Shown here piece after piece: positions 44,625-52,572 of a stretch of DNA of 64,000 nucleotides. Source of the stretch: Chloroflexi bacterium RBG_13_51_36. Its GTDB lineage: Bacteria > Chloroflexota > Dehalococcoidia > GIF9 > AB-539-J10. Positions within the stretch are counted from its first letter, which is position 1. Each line of letters opens with the position of its first letter. The notes under the pieces were generated by a model that did no database searches, was not told the DNA's origin, and saw only the letters and a list, made by a program, of their open reading frames with translations. The position numbers and the translations under genes were made by a program. The DNA is taken from the NCBI GenBank assembly GCA_001796515.1, contig MGMS01000054.1, positions 19,481 to 83,480 on the forward strand. Reading direction: 5' to 3'.

Positions 44625-44951
44625 ATGTCTGAGAAAAGAATGCTAATCGTAGATGCCGAGCTGGTGAAGAGAATAGATGACAACCGTGGTGACTTAGGCC
44701 GGTCTGACTTTATCAACTTTCTCATTGAGAGCGAGTTGAAGGAAAAAGAGACAGGCAAAAAGCAGGGCGGCGTAACCCGAGATGAATTTCACCAGTTTCA
44801 GGAAGGCACGAAAGAGCTATTGCGAAGTTTCCTGGAGTTCTTCATCAGCTACGGGCTGGAGTTGGGTAAGCAGCCTGGCGATAACGAATTCGAGCAATTA
44901 GCTCAGAAACTGCAAGGCCTGGGTAGCTCGGCCAAGGTAAAAAGCTCCTAA
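44625..44951 (+). CDS. ribbon-helix-helix (CopG-like) domain protein
   Basis: The N-terminus RMLIVDAELVKRIDDNRGDLGRSDFINFLIE follows the RHH pattern. An AGGAG SD is present. Confidence 0.5.
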   Translation: MSEKRMLIVDAELVKRIDDNRGDLGRSDFINFLIESELKEKETGKKQGGVTRDEFHQFQEGTKELLRSFLEFFISYGLELGKQPGDNEFEQLAQKLQGLGSSAKVKSS

Positions 44952-45116
44952 CTTCTTCGCATTTTCCCCGCGACTATATCTCCACAGCTTCAAATAGAAC
45001 TATCTTCTAGAAAATAATCTCTTCCCAAGCTATTCCGCTATTGCCATACTGTCGTCAACATAGCTATTCCTTCGTTGTCATGCCGAATGACACGGAGGAA
45101 AGCCGGAGGGACAGTT
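44952..45116 (+). promoter_or_regulatory. conserved leader of GH3 paralog 1 (palindrome TAGAAC-TAT-CTTCTA at 44995-45009; hairpin GTCATGCCGAATGAC at 45077-45091)
   Basis: Roughly nine in ten positions are identical, by eye, to 50278-50443 upstream of paralog 2. A possible TTCAAA-N18-AATAAT promoter has the palindrome in its spacer. Confidence 0.5.
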
Positions 45117-46790
45117 ATGGCAAGACCAGTCGAGTTACTGCGCCAAGGCAGAAAAGAAGAGCTATGGCAGATGTGCTGCGGCTTCATTGACCTCAGCCTG
45201 CAGCAGTTTATGGTTATCCAGAAGAGGCTACTTTTGGAGCAGATTGAGTTATTAAAGAACTGCGAATTAGGCAGGAAGGTAATGCATGGTGCTACGCCCG
45301 AGACAATAGAAGAATTCCGTGAACAAGTGCCATTGACCACCTATGGCGATTATTTACCCGAGCTTGTGGAAAAGAGAGAGGATCTGTTACCAACCAGGGT
45401 CGCCAGATGGGTGCGAACTTCGGGCCACACAGGTGAGTATGACGTTAAGTGGATACCCGCTTCACAGGGATTTCTTGATGAATACGAGAAGATAGCCACA
45501 GGTGTGTTTCTTTTCACTATGTGCGACAGGCGGGGCGATACCTCTAAGGTTAAGGAACATCTTAAGGTGCTATACACCGTCGGCCCTCCCGAATACGGAA
45601 GCGGCCTCGGTGTCCAGTTGACACAGAAAGCGGTTAACTATGATTTACTGCCTTCCAACCGCAACGAGATTACGTCGTTTCGCGAAGTAATACAGGCCGG
45701 GTTCAGGGAGGCTTTGTATCGGGGACTGGATGGATTTGGCGGGTTATCTTCCGTCCTGGTAGCCGTGGGCGAGCAGCTCCAGCAGCAGTCGGGTAAGATA
45801 AAGATTACCTCTTTGTTATCTCACCCCGCTGCTCTGTTCCGTGTAGTAAAGGGATTAACCAGGAGCAAGCTGGCTCATCGCCCTATGCTACCCAAAGACT
45901 TATGGTCTATCAAGTTTATTGGTGGCGGTGGTGCAGATTGCGCTATATTCGGAAAAAGAGTCGAGGAACTATGGGGGCGCCATCCCTTAGAGGCTTATGG
46001 CGGTTCAGAAGGGGGAATGTGCGCTTGTCAAACCTGGGATTACGAGGGCATGACTTTTGTCCCTAGCCTTAATTTCTTTGAGTTCATCCCCGAAAGAGAA
46101 TGGTTCAAGTGGCAACTGGACCATTCTTATCGACCGAAGACTGTTTTACTTGACGAGGTAGAAGCTGGAAAGGTTTACGAGATAGTCATCACCAATTTTC
46201 ATGGTGGTATCATGACCAGATATCGGCCCGGTGACCTGATAAAGATAGGTTCATTGCGAAACGAGAGGCTCAATATCGACATTCCTCAGATGACATTCCA
46301 TAGCCGGGCCGACGACCTGATCGATATCACGGGTTTCGGTCACCTGACCGAAAGGATAATCTGGGAGGCAATTGAGGGCGCGGGTATTCCCTATGCCGAT
46401 TGGACAGCGCGTAAAGAGGCAAAAGATGGCAAACCCATTCTGCATCTCTACCTTGAACTTAAGGACGACTTCATTGCCAGCGAGCAAGCCGTAGCGGCAG
46501 CGATATATGATGCGCTCATAAAACTGGACAGTGTGTATCACTATAACATTTACGATGCTTACGGCGACCCCGAGACCGTGCTCGGTCTAAAACCCGTAGA
46601 AGTCAGCTTCCTTCCCGATGGTACCTTCACCCGTTATATCAACGAACGGCAAGCTGGGGGAGCCGCACTCGGGCACTTGAAGCCACCACACATAAATCCT
46701 TCCGAGAAAGTCCTCTCCCTGCTTGGGGTCCGCAAGGTTGAGGTCGAGGCTGCCGTACCCGTAACGGAAGCCGAACGCACGGCCGCTTGA
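45117..46790 (+). CDS. GH3-family (acyl-acid amido synthetase-like) adenylate-forming enzyme
   Basis: About 557 aa. The length and motifs (..SSG/TSG-type region, GGGAD, YGGSEG, NFFEFIPE) fit bacterial GH3 auxin-responsive-promoter family proteins. GGAGGG lies 6 nt upstream of the ATG at 45117. Confidence 0.7.
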   Translation: MARPVELLRQGRKEELWQMCCGFIDLSLQQFMVIQKRLLLEQIELLKNCELGRKVMHGATPETIEEFREQVPLTTYGDYLPELVEKREDLLPTRVARWVRTSGHTGEYDVKWIPASQGFLDEYEKIATGVFLFTMCDRRGDTSKVKEHLKVLYTVGPPEYGSGLGVQLTQKAVNYDLLPSNRNEITSFREVIQAGFREALYRGLDGFGGLSSVLVAVGEQLQQQSGKIKITSLLSHPAALFRVVKGLTRSKLAHRPMLPKDLWSIKFIGGGGADCAIFGKRVEELWGRHPLEAYGGSEGGMCACQTWDYEGMTFVPSLNFFEFIPEREWFKWQLDHSYRPKTVLLDEVEAGKVYEIVITNFHGGIMTRYRPGDLIKIGSLRNERLNIDIPQMTFHSRADDLIDITGFGHLTERIIWEAIEGAGIPYADWTARKEAKDGKPILHLYLELKDDFIASEQAVAAAIYDALIKLDSVYHYNIYDAYGDPETVLGLKPVEVSFLPDGTFTRYINERQAGGAALGHLKPPHINPSEKVLSLLGVRKVEVEAAVPVTEAERTAA

Positions 46791-46990
46791 GGACAGCGGC
46801 GCTATTCTGGAAGTAACTGGCCTGTTGCCGAGGCCAAGTTTCTGATGGCGCCCTTCTAATTGTCAGTTTGAGGCCTTCATATATATTGCCGATTCCGCAG
46901 GTCACAAAGGCAAACCTCAAGGCTCGTTGAGCGTCAAAGACTCGTAGGCGGAGTACATCTGGTACTTCTGGAGGATTACCTTAGTCCTTC

Positions 46991-47019
46991 TTGACAGCTT
47001 CACGAATTGCATCAATAAT
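46991..47019 (+). promoter_or_regulatory. putative promoter TTGACA-N17-AATAAT
   Basis: Conserved in sequence and spacing with 52323-52351. The ATG at 47046 lies 26 nt downstream. Confidence 0.45.
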
Positions 47020-47045
47020 AGGTTTGTGCTGCAAAAGGTGATGCG

Positions 47046-50000
47046 ATGAATACCCATGCTTTGATTCCCTTAGTCGCCACCGTGGCCTATGTCCCGTTAT
47101 TGGCTATCGTCCTCATAAGCCGCCCATGGCAACCACAACAAAGGCTCTTCTTCCTTTTCCTGGTTCCTGCCATGCTTTGGAGTGCCACGGACATATTCTT
47201 CCGCAGCAGCATCTTTAACGACGAACAGCAGAAGCTCCTTCTGGTCAAGATGGTCCTTTTTTGCGCTGTCTGGATGATCGTTCAATATCGTTATTTCATG
47301 CAGTCTTTCTACAAATCAGATGTGGCCAAGAAACCTTTTGCTTACATTATCCTGGCAGTCTTCACTGGGCTATTAGTAGCGCCGAACCTTGTCCCGTATG
47401 GTCAACCTGGCATTGAGCATGGTATTGCCTTTGCCAGGCTCAACGGGGATATTATCAACATGCATGTTAATTATGGTCCGTTCGTATATACAATTGCTGC
47501 TGTGTTTCTTGCCATCACCGCCAGGGATATGTACGGACTCATACGCAAGCTCAAGGTTCCTGAAAACGTTGAGCAGCGCAACCAGATTATCTATCTGTTC
47601 ATAGGCCTCGCCTGTTTGGCTATTTTCGGCATTGTCACTTTCCGGTTCTCCGCAGAAGGAATCCCTGTTGGCCATATTGGCAATTTTCTGAATGCCTGTA
47701 TCTTGACCTATGCTGTCGTAACCCACCGTTTGCTGGATGTCAGGGTTGTAGCGCGCCGGGCCATTATGTACATAGTTCTTTATGGCGGCAGTCTGGGCAT
47801 ACTATTGGTAGTTGCCTGGCTCATTTCTTATTTCAGCTCTAGTCATGTAGTTGAATTCGAGACCATAGCGTTATTCATCGGACTGGGATTCTCCGCCGTC
47901 CTCTTTCTTGTACACAGGATGCGAGATTTCTGGCAAAGGAAGGTGGAAGAGGCTTTTATCGGAGAGAGATATCATTATCGCACTCTGCTATCCAAATTCA
48001 TTACCACGATACAAAATGTTTCTAGCATGAAGCAGTTTGGTGACGGTTTTGTGTCGCTGGTTTCCCAGTCTATTGGCTGTCACAGAGCTTGTCTGCTTTT
48101 GCCCGAAGCCCAGGAGGAAGGGTTCAACACTCGATTCGTTTACCCTCCTGCAAAAGACAATCCCATGAGTGAATTGAAACTAAGATCGGATAATCCCATC
48201 GTGACGTGGCTGAAGAAAAACAGAATCTTGCTGCACGAGAGAAATCTCTCAATCTTTCCTGAATTCAAATCCATTTGGCAAAAAGAGATAGAGGCAATCC
48301 GACTAGCTGGAATAGAGGCATTTGTTCCCCTAGTAAACGTGGAGGAGTTGGTAGGTATTCTGGTAGTAGGCGAAAAATGGGACGGAACGTCCTATACGGT
48401 TGAGGACTTTCACCTACTGAATGAGATCGGTGCCCAGGTGGCAGCGAGCATGGAAAAGGAATACTCCCATGAACAGTTGAAGGAACAAGAGGCGGAAATG
48501 AATCTGGTTAACCGTCTAACCACAATCATAACATCCAGCATGAGCATTAACCTGATATTTGAAGCCTTCGTCGAGGAACTGAAGCAAGTGGTGGATATTG
48601 ATTGGGCAACAATTGCCATGGTTGACGGTGATGAAGTGTATTTTCTAGCCCTAACCGGTACAGTGGAGTCCGCTTGGCAACTGGAAGAAAGGATACCGCT
48701 CAAAGGAACAGCTACAGAGTCGGCGTGTCGCGAGAGGCGGGCAGTATACGAACCTGATTTGAGACGGCACCACAGGTTTTCAACCTGGCAGAATTACCTG
48801 AAGCAAGGAGTTTCTTCAGTTGTTTACCTGCCATTAAGCGTCGCTGACCGTACTATTGGCACCTTGGTTCTGGCCAGCCACAAACATAATGCTTACGACC
48901 GCAGCCAAATAAGACTTCTGGAGAAAGTGGCTTTGCAGATCGCTGCGCCAATTGAGAATGCTCAACTTTATGCCCGGGCGGAACAGAAGTCTCGCATTGA
49001 TGAGCTTACCGGGTTATTCAACCGACGTTATTTTGAAGAGCGACTCAAGGAGGAAATTGCCCGGCACTCTCGTTATGGTAATGCATTCTCCGTGTTCATG
49101 CTTGACCTGGATAACTTCAAGACCTATAACGACGTATACGGACATCCTGCCGGCGATAGTCTATTGAGCCAGATGGGCAGCATGGTTAAGTGTTCTATCA
49201 GGGATGCTGACCAGGCATTTCGATATGGTGGCGATGAGTTTGTAGTCATTTTACCTCAGACACCTAGGGACGATGCTTACGTCGTAGCTGACCGGGTTAG
49301 AGAGCAGATTGCCGGAGAAATGGAGCAAAGGTCGATCACCGTGACCTGCAGCATCGGTTTAGCTAGCTATCCTGTTGATGGAGTAATAGCCGAGGAGCTT
49401 GTGATTGCAGCTGATACTGCTCTTTATTATGCTAAGTGGACTGGAGGTAATCGAATCTACTTCTCGTCCAAGGCTATCTCTGAGTCGCCCGATAATGGAA
49501 AGAGTTCTGGCAGGCGTGATGGCTTGAGTGCTGTCTATGCCTTAGTCTCAGTAGTGGAGTCTAGAGACCCATATGTCTACGGTCACTCCAGGAAAGTAAA
49601 CGCTTATGCTGTGGCTTTGACGGAAGCACTTGGACTGCCGCCTGATGAGGTATCTAGCGTGAGTACTGCTGCTTTGCTTCACGACATTGGTAAAATTGGC
49701 ATTCCCGATGAAGTTCTTAACAAGAAAGAGCAGCTTAGTAGAGAGAATTGGGAAGCGATCAAAGCTCATCCTCGTTTGGGGAAGAACATTGTCTCCAGTA
49801 TACCCCAGCTTGTTCACTGCGCAGATAGTATTCTATACCACCATGAAAGATGGGATGGCAGTGGCTATCCTGCAGGGCTGAAAGGCGAAGAGATTCCCAT
49901 AGGAGCTCGCGTCATCGCTATAGCTGATAGCTTTGAGGCTATGACTTCTGCCCGTCCTTACCGTCCCCCACTATCCCGCGAAGAGGCATTAGAAGAGCTC

Positions 50001-50111
50001 AGACAGGGCGCCGGGGGTCAGTTTGACCCTAAGCTGGTGGAGGTCTTCATAGGCGTTATTGCGGCTGGACTTCCCGGTAAGGTAAACATGAATCAAGACG
50101 TACTCATCTAG
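47046..50111 (+). CDS. membrane sensor 7TM - GAF - GGDEF - HD-GYP (bifunctional c-di-GMP enzyme)
   Basis: 1021 aa. The N-terminal ~290 aa carry about 7 TM helices. The central part is GAF-like. The GGDEF domain has RYGGDEF and an RxxD I-site (RDAD) 5 residues upstream. The HD-GYP domain has LLHDIGK and HHERWDGSGYP. Confidence 0.9.
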   Translation: MNTHALIPLVATVAYVPLLAIVLISRPWQPQQRLFFLFLVPAMLWSATDIFFRSSIFNDEQQKLLLVKMVLFCAVWMIVQYRYFMQSFYKSDVAKKPFAYIILAVFTGLLVAPNLVPYGQPGIEHGIAFARLNGDIINMHVNYGPFVYTIAAVFLAITARDMYGLIRKLKVPENVEQRNQIIYLFIGLACLAIFGIVTFRFSAEGIPVGHIGNFLNACILTYAVVTHRLLDVRVVARRAIMYIVLYGGSLGILLVVAWLISYFSSSHVVEFETIALFIGLGFSAVLFLVHRMRDFWQRKVEEAFIGERYHYRTLLSKFITTIQNVSSMKQFGDGFVSLVSQSIGCHRACLLLPEAQEEGFNTRFVYPPAKDNPMSELKLRSDNPIVTWLKKNRILLHERNLSIFPEFKSIWQKEIEAIRLAGIEAFVPLVNVEELVGILVVGEKWDGTSYTVEDFHLLNEIGAQVAASMEKEYSHEQLKEQEAEMNLVNRLTTIITSSMSINLIFEAFVEELKQVVDIDWATIAMVDGDEVYFLALTGTVESAWQLEERIPLKGTATESACRERRAVYEPDLRRHHRFSTWQNYLKQGVSSVVYLPLSVADRTIGTLVLASHKHNAYDRSQIRLLEKVALQIAAPIENAQLYARAEQKSRIDELTGLFNRRYFEERLKEEIARHSRYGNAFSVFMLDLDNFKTYNDVYGHPAGDSLLSQMGSMVKCSIRDADQAFRYGGDEFVVILPQTPRDDAYVVADRVREQIAGEMEQRSITVTCSIGLASYPVDGVIAEELVIAADTALYYAKWTGGNRIYFSSKAISESPDNGKSSGRRDGLSAVYALVSVVESRDPYVYGHSRKVNAYAVALTEALGLPPDEVSSVSTAALLHDIGKIGIPDEVLNKKEQLSRENWEAIKAHPRLGKNIVSSIPQLVHCADSILYHHERWDGSGYPAGLKGEEIPIGARVIAIADSFEAMTSARPYRPPLSREEALEELRQGAGGQFDPKLVEVFIGVIAAGLPGKVNMNQDVLI

Positions 50112-50236
50112 TGAACAGATGCGACCCCACTAACTGCAGTCTACATACCTAAATCCATATTAGCTGGTAATAACCGAAGGGGATGCTCAACAACAGGTTT
50201 TGTGTCACTATTTCGTCACGTCACCATAGGTGTCTA

Positions 50237-50277
50237 TGCAGGGTCTGGGCGGTTCCGCCGAAGTAAGAAGCTCTTAA
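50237..50277 (+). pseudogene. remnant of the 3' end of the RHH-like gene (marks the duplication boundary)
   Basis: tgcagggtctgggcggttccgccgaagtaagaagctcttaa aligns with 44911-44951, tgcaaggcctgggtagctcggccaaggtaaaaagctcctaa. No similarity is detectable further upstream. Confidence 0.6.
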
Positions 50278-50443
50278 CTTCCTCGCATTTTCCCCTGCGA
50301 CTTCATCCCCACAGCTTCGAATAGAACTATGTTCTAGAAAATAATCTCTTCCCAAACTACTCCGCTATTGCCATACTGTCATTAACATGGCTATTTCTTC
50401 CTTGTCATGCCGAATGACACCGAGGAAAGCCGGAAGGACAGTT
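50278..50443 (+). promoter_or_regulatory. conserved leader of GH3 paralog 2 (perfect palindrome TAGAAC-TAT-GTTCTA at 50322-50336; hairpin at 50404-50418)
   Basis: See 44952-45116. Confidence 0.5.
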
Positions 50444-52108
50444 ATGACAAGGCCAATTGAATTACTACGTCAGAGCAGAAAAGAAGAGCTATGGCAAATG
50501 TGCTGCGGCTTTCTTAACCTCAGTCTGGAGCAGTTCATGACTATCCAGAACAGATTGCTTCTGGAGCAGATTGAGCTGCTGAAGAACAGTGAGCTAGGCA
50601 GGAGGCTGATGCATGGTGTCATGCCTGAGACGGTGGAAGAATTCCGACAACAGGTGCCATTAACCACCTACACCGATTACCTGCCTGAGCTTGTACAGAA
50701 GAACGAAGACGTATTGCCGGCAAAGCCTACAATGTGGGTGCATACCGTAGGCAGGATTGGTGAATATAACTTCAAATGGGTCCCCTTGCCGGAGAGGTTT
50801 TTATGTGAGTTCGAGCGGGTGGCTGGCGGTATCGGGCTCCTGGCTTCCTGCAACTCTCAAGGCGATTTTCTCATGAAAGAACATCTGAAAACACTGGCTA
50901 CTATGGCGTCCCGAGATTATGGGTCGGGCATCGTGGCATATCTCATGCAACAGGCACTTGGCTTTGACCTCCTGCCCTGCGACATGGCAGAAATGACATT
51001 TCAAGAGAGGGTAGAAGCCGGTTTTGCAGAAGCCTTATCCCGGGGACTTGATGCTTTTGGCGGTTTGCCGTCTATCTTAGCCTATGTCGGGGAGATGTTT
51101 AGGCAAGGAGCAATACGTGTAGACACGCGTTTTCTGCTATCTCATCCGAGGGCATTTGCCTGTTTCCTCAAAGGATTGATCAAAAGCAAACTGGCGCGTC
51201 GTTCCCTATTGCCCAAGGATTTGTGGTCCGCTAAGGTGGTCGTCGGAGGAGGCGCCGATAGTGCCGTCTTCCGGGAAAAGGTGGAGGAACTGTGGGGAAG
51301 GAAGCCTCTGGAGATATACGGTGCCACCGAGGGCGGAGTCTATGCGACCCAGACCTGGGACCGTGAAGGGATGACCTTTATTCCCAACCTCAACTTCTTC
51401 GAATTCATCCCTGAAAGAGAGTGGTTCAAATGGCAATTGGACCATTCCTACCGGCCCAAAACTATCCTGCTGGACGAAGTGAAGGCCGGTGAGAAATACG
51501 AGATAGTTCTCACCAATTTCCACGGTGGTATTATGACGAGATACCGGATTGGTGACGTAATAGAGATAACCTCGCTGCGAAATGAGAAGCTCAACATCGA
51601 CATTCCCCAGATGGTATTCCATAGCCGTGCCGATGATCTCATTGATATTGCTGGTCTTGGCCGGCTGACGGAGAAAGTAATCGGCGAGGCGGTTGAAAAC
51701 ACGGGCATTCCCTATGTGGATTGGGTGGCTCGCAAAGAAATAGTTGGCAGTAAGCCTGTATTGCACCTCTATCCTGAACTTGAAGCTGGCTATATTGCCA
51801 GTGAAGAAAGCTTGGCGACAGCTATACGGGAACAATTCAAGAAGCTAGACAGGAAGTATCGGAGCAATTTCTATCGGCTTATTGGTGACATGGAGACTGT
51901 GCTTGATTTAACGCCAGTACAAGTCACCTTGCTTCCTAGAGGTGCCTTTTCCAGTTATGTCGCCCGACGGCAGTCTGAGGGAGCTAGTCTGGAAAGCTTA
52001 AGACTGCCGCATGTTAATCCTTCCGAGGATGTGCTCTCTTTGCTAATGACTCCCAGGGTTGAGGTGGAGGCCGTGCCGGCGACCGAAGCCGAACGTGCGG
52101 CTGCGTGA
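50444..52108 (+). CDS. GH3-family adenylate-forming enzyme, paralog 2
   Basis: Collinear with 45117-46790. The N-terminal ~90 aa and the central NFFEFIPEREWFKWQLDHSYRPKT block are near-identical, and other parts diverge. Confidence 0.7.
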   Translation: MTRPIELLRQSRKEELWQMCCGFLNLSLEQFMTIQNRLLLEQIELLKNSELGRRLMHGVMPETVEEFRQQVPLTTYTDYLPELVQKNEDVLPAKPTMWVHTVGRIGEYNFKWVPLPERFLCEFERVAGGIGLLASCNSQGDFLMKEHLKTLATMASRDYGSGIVAYLMQQALGFDLLPCDMAEMTFQERVEAGFAEALSRGLDAFGGLPSILAYVGEMFRQGAIRVDTRFLLSHPRAFACFLKGLIKSKLARRSLLPKDLWSAKVVVGGGADSAVFREKVEELWGRKPLEIYGATEGGVYATQTWDREGMTFIPNLNFFEFIPEREWFKWQLDHSYRPKTILLDEVKAGEKYEIVLTNFHGGIMTRYRIGDVIEITSLRNEKLNIDIPQMVFHSRADDLIDIAGLGRLTEKVIGEAVENTGIPYVDWVARKEIVGSKPVLHLYPELEAGYIASEESLATAIREQFKKLDRKYRSNFYRLIGDMETVLDLTPVQVTLLPRGAFSSYVARRQSEGASLESLRLPHVNPSEDVLSLLMTPRVEVEAVPATEAERAAA

Positions 52109-52159
52109 TGGCGGCAGCATGGTTTGGAGAAAACCAGGATGCGGTGCAAAGACACTGAA

Positions 52160-52186
52160 GGGCGAGGTCAAACCTCGCCCTTTCGC
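52160..52186 (+). terminator. rho-independent terminator after GH3 paralog 2
   Basis: An 8-bp stem GGGCGAGG/CCTCGCCC with loop TCAAA is followed by tttcgctt. Confidence 0.55.
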
Positions 52187-52322
52187 TTATCACTCTAAGC
52201 CTTTCGTAGATCCTCCTCCAAGCAGCTCAGAATGCGAAGAGTGAGGCTTTAAGGTTGCTATATGTGAGAGAGGGAGCTATGACCAAAATACTTGGTACCT
52301 TCTAGCGATTACCTTAGTTATC

Positions 52323-52351
52323 TTGACAGTTTTCGAATTTCCGTGAATAAT
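52323..52351 (+). promoter_or_regulatory. putative promoter TTGACA-N17-AATAAT
   Basis: Matches 46991-47019, but here the ATG is about 220 nt downstream. Confidence 0.45.
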
Positions 52352-52412
52352 AACTTCCTATTAGAATGAATCGCAAAAGTGGCTACACACCAATCAGGCG
52401 ACTTGGCCTCTG

Positions 52413-52500
52413 CTATGATTGTGAAGCTGGTGAAACAGCCAAGGCAATCCTGTGATGGGGCACAAAGTCGCCACGCGCCTTTCAGATGCCTGCAATGACG
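52413..52500. repeat. family A-like pair inside the extended leader of DGC paralog 2
   Basis: atgattgtgaagctggtgaaacagccaaggcaatcc ... ggggcacaaagtcgccacgcgcctttcagatgcctgcaatgacg. This is absent from the equivalent position of paralog 1. Confidence 0.5.
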
Positions 52501-52572
52501 TCAAAGAAGAGCTCAAAATGAGACGCGAGGCTGTGTTAGAATTGACGTGTTTGACTATATGATGGTGATGTC

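Noticed and set aside
44952-45116. The conserved GH3 leaders as a known c-di-GMP (GEMM-I/II) riboswitch, and the short upstream peptides (MSCRMTRRKAGGTV / MAISSLSCRMTPRKAGRTV) as leader peptides.
   Set aside because: I cannot find the conserved GEMM core sequences by eye. The peptides are simply in-frame read-through into the GH3 gene from weak upstream ATGs without an SD, whereas the ATGs at 45117 and 50444 have GGAGGG/GGAAGG at ideal spacing. A novel structured RNA remains possible and is reported as a finding.
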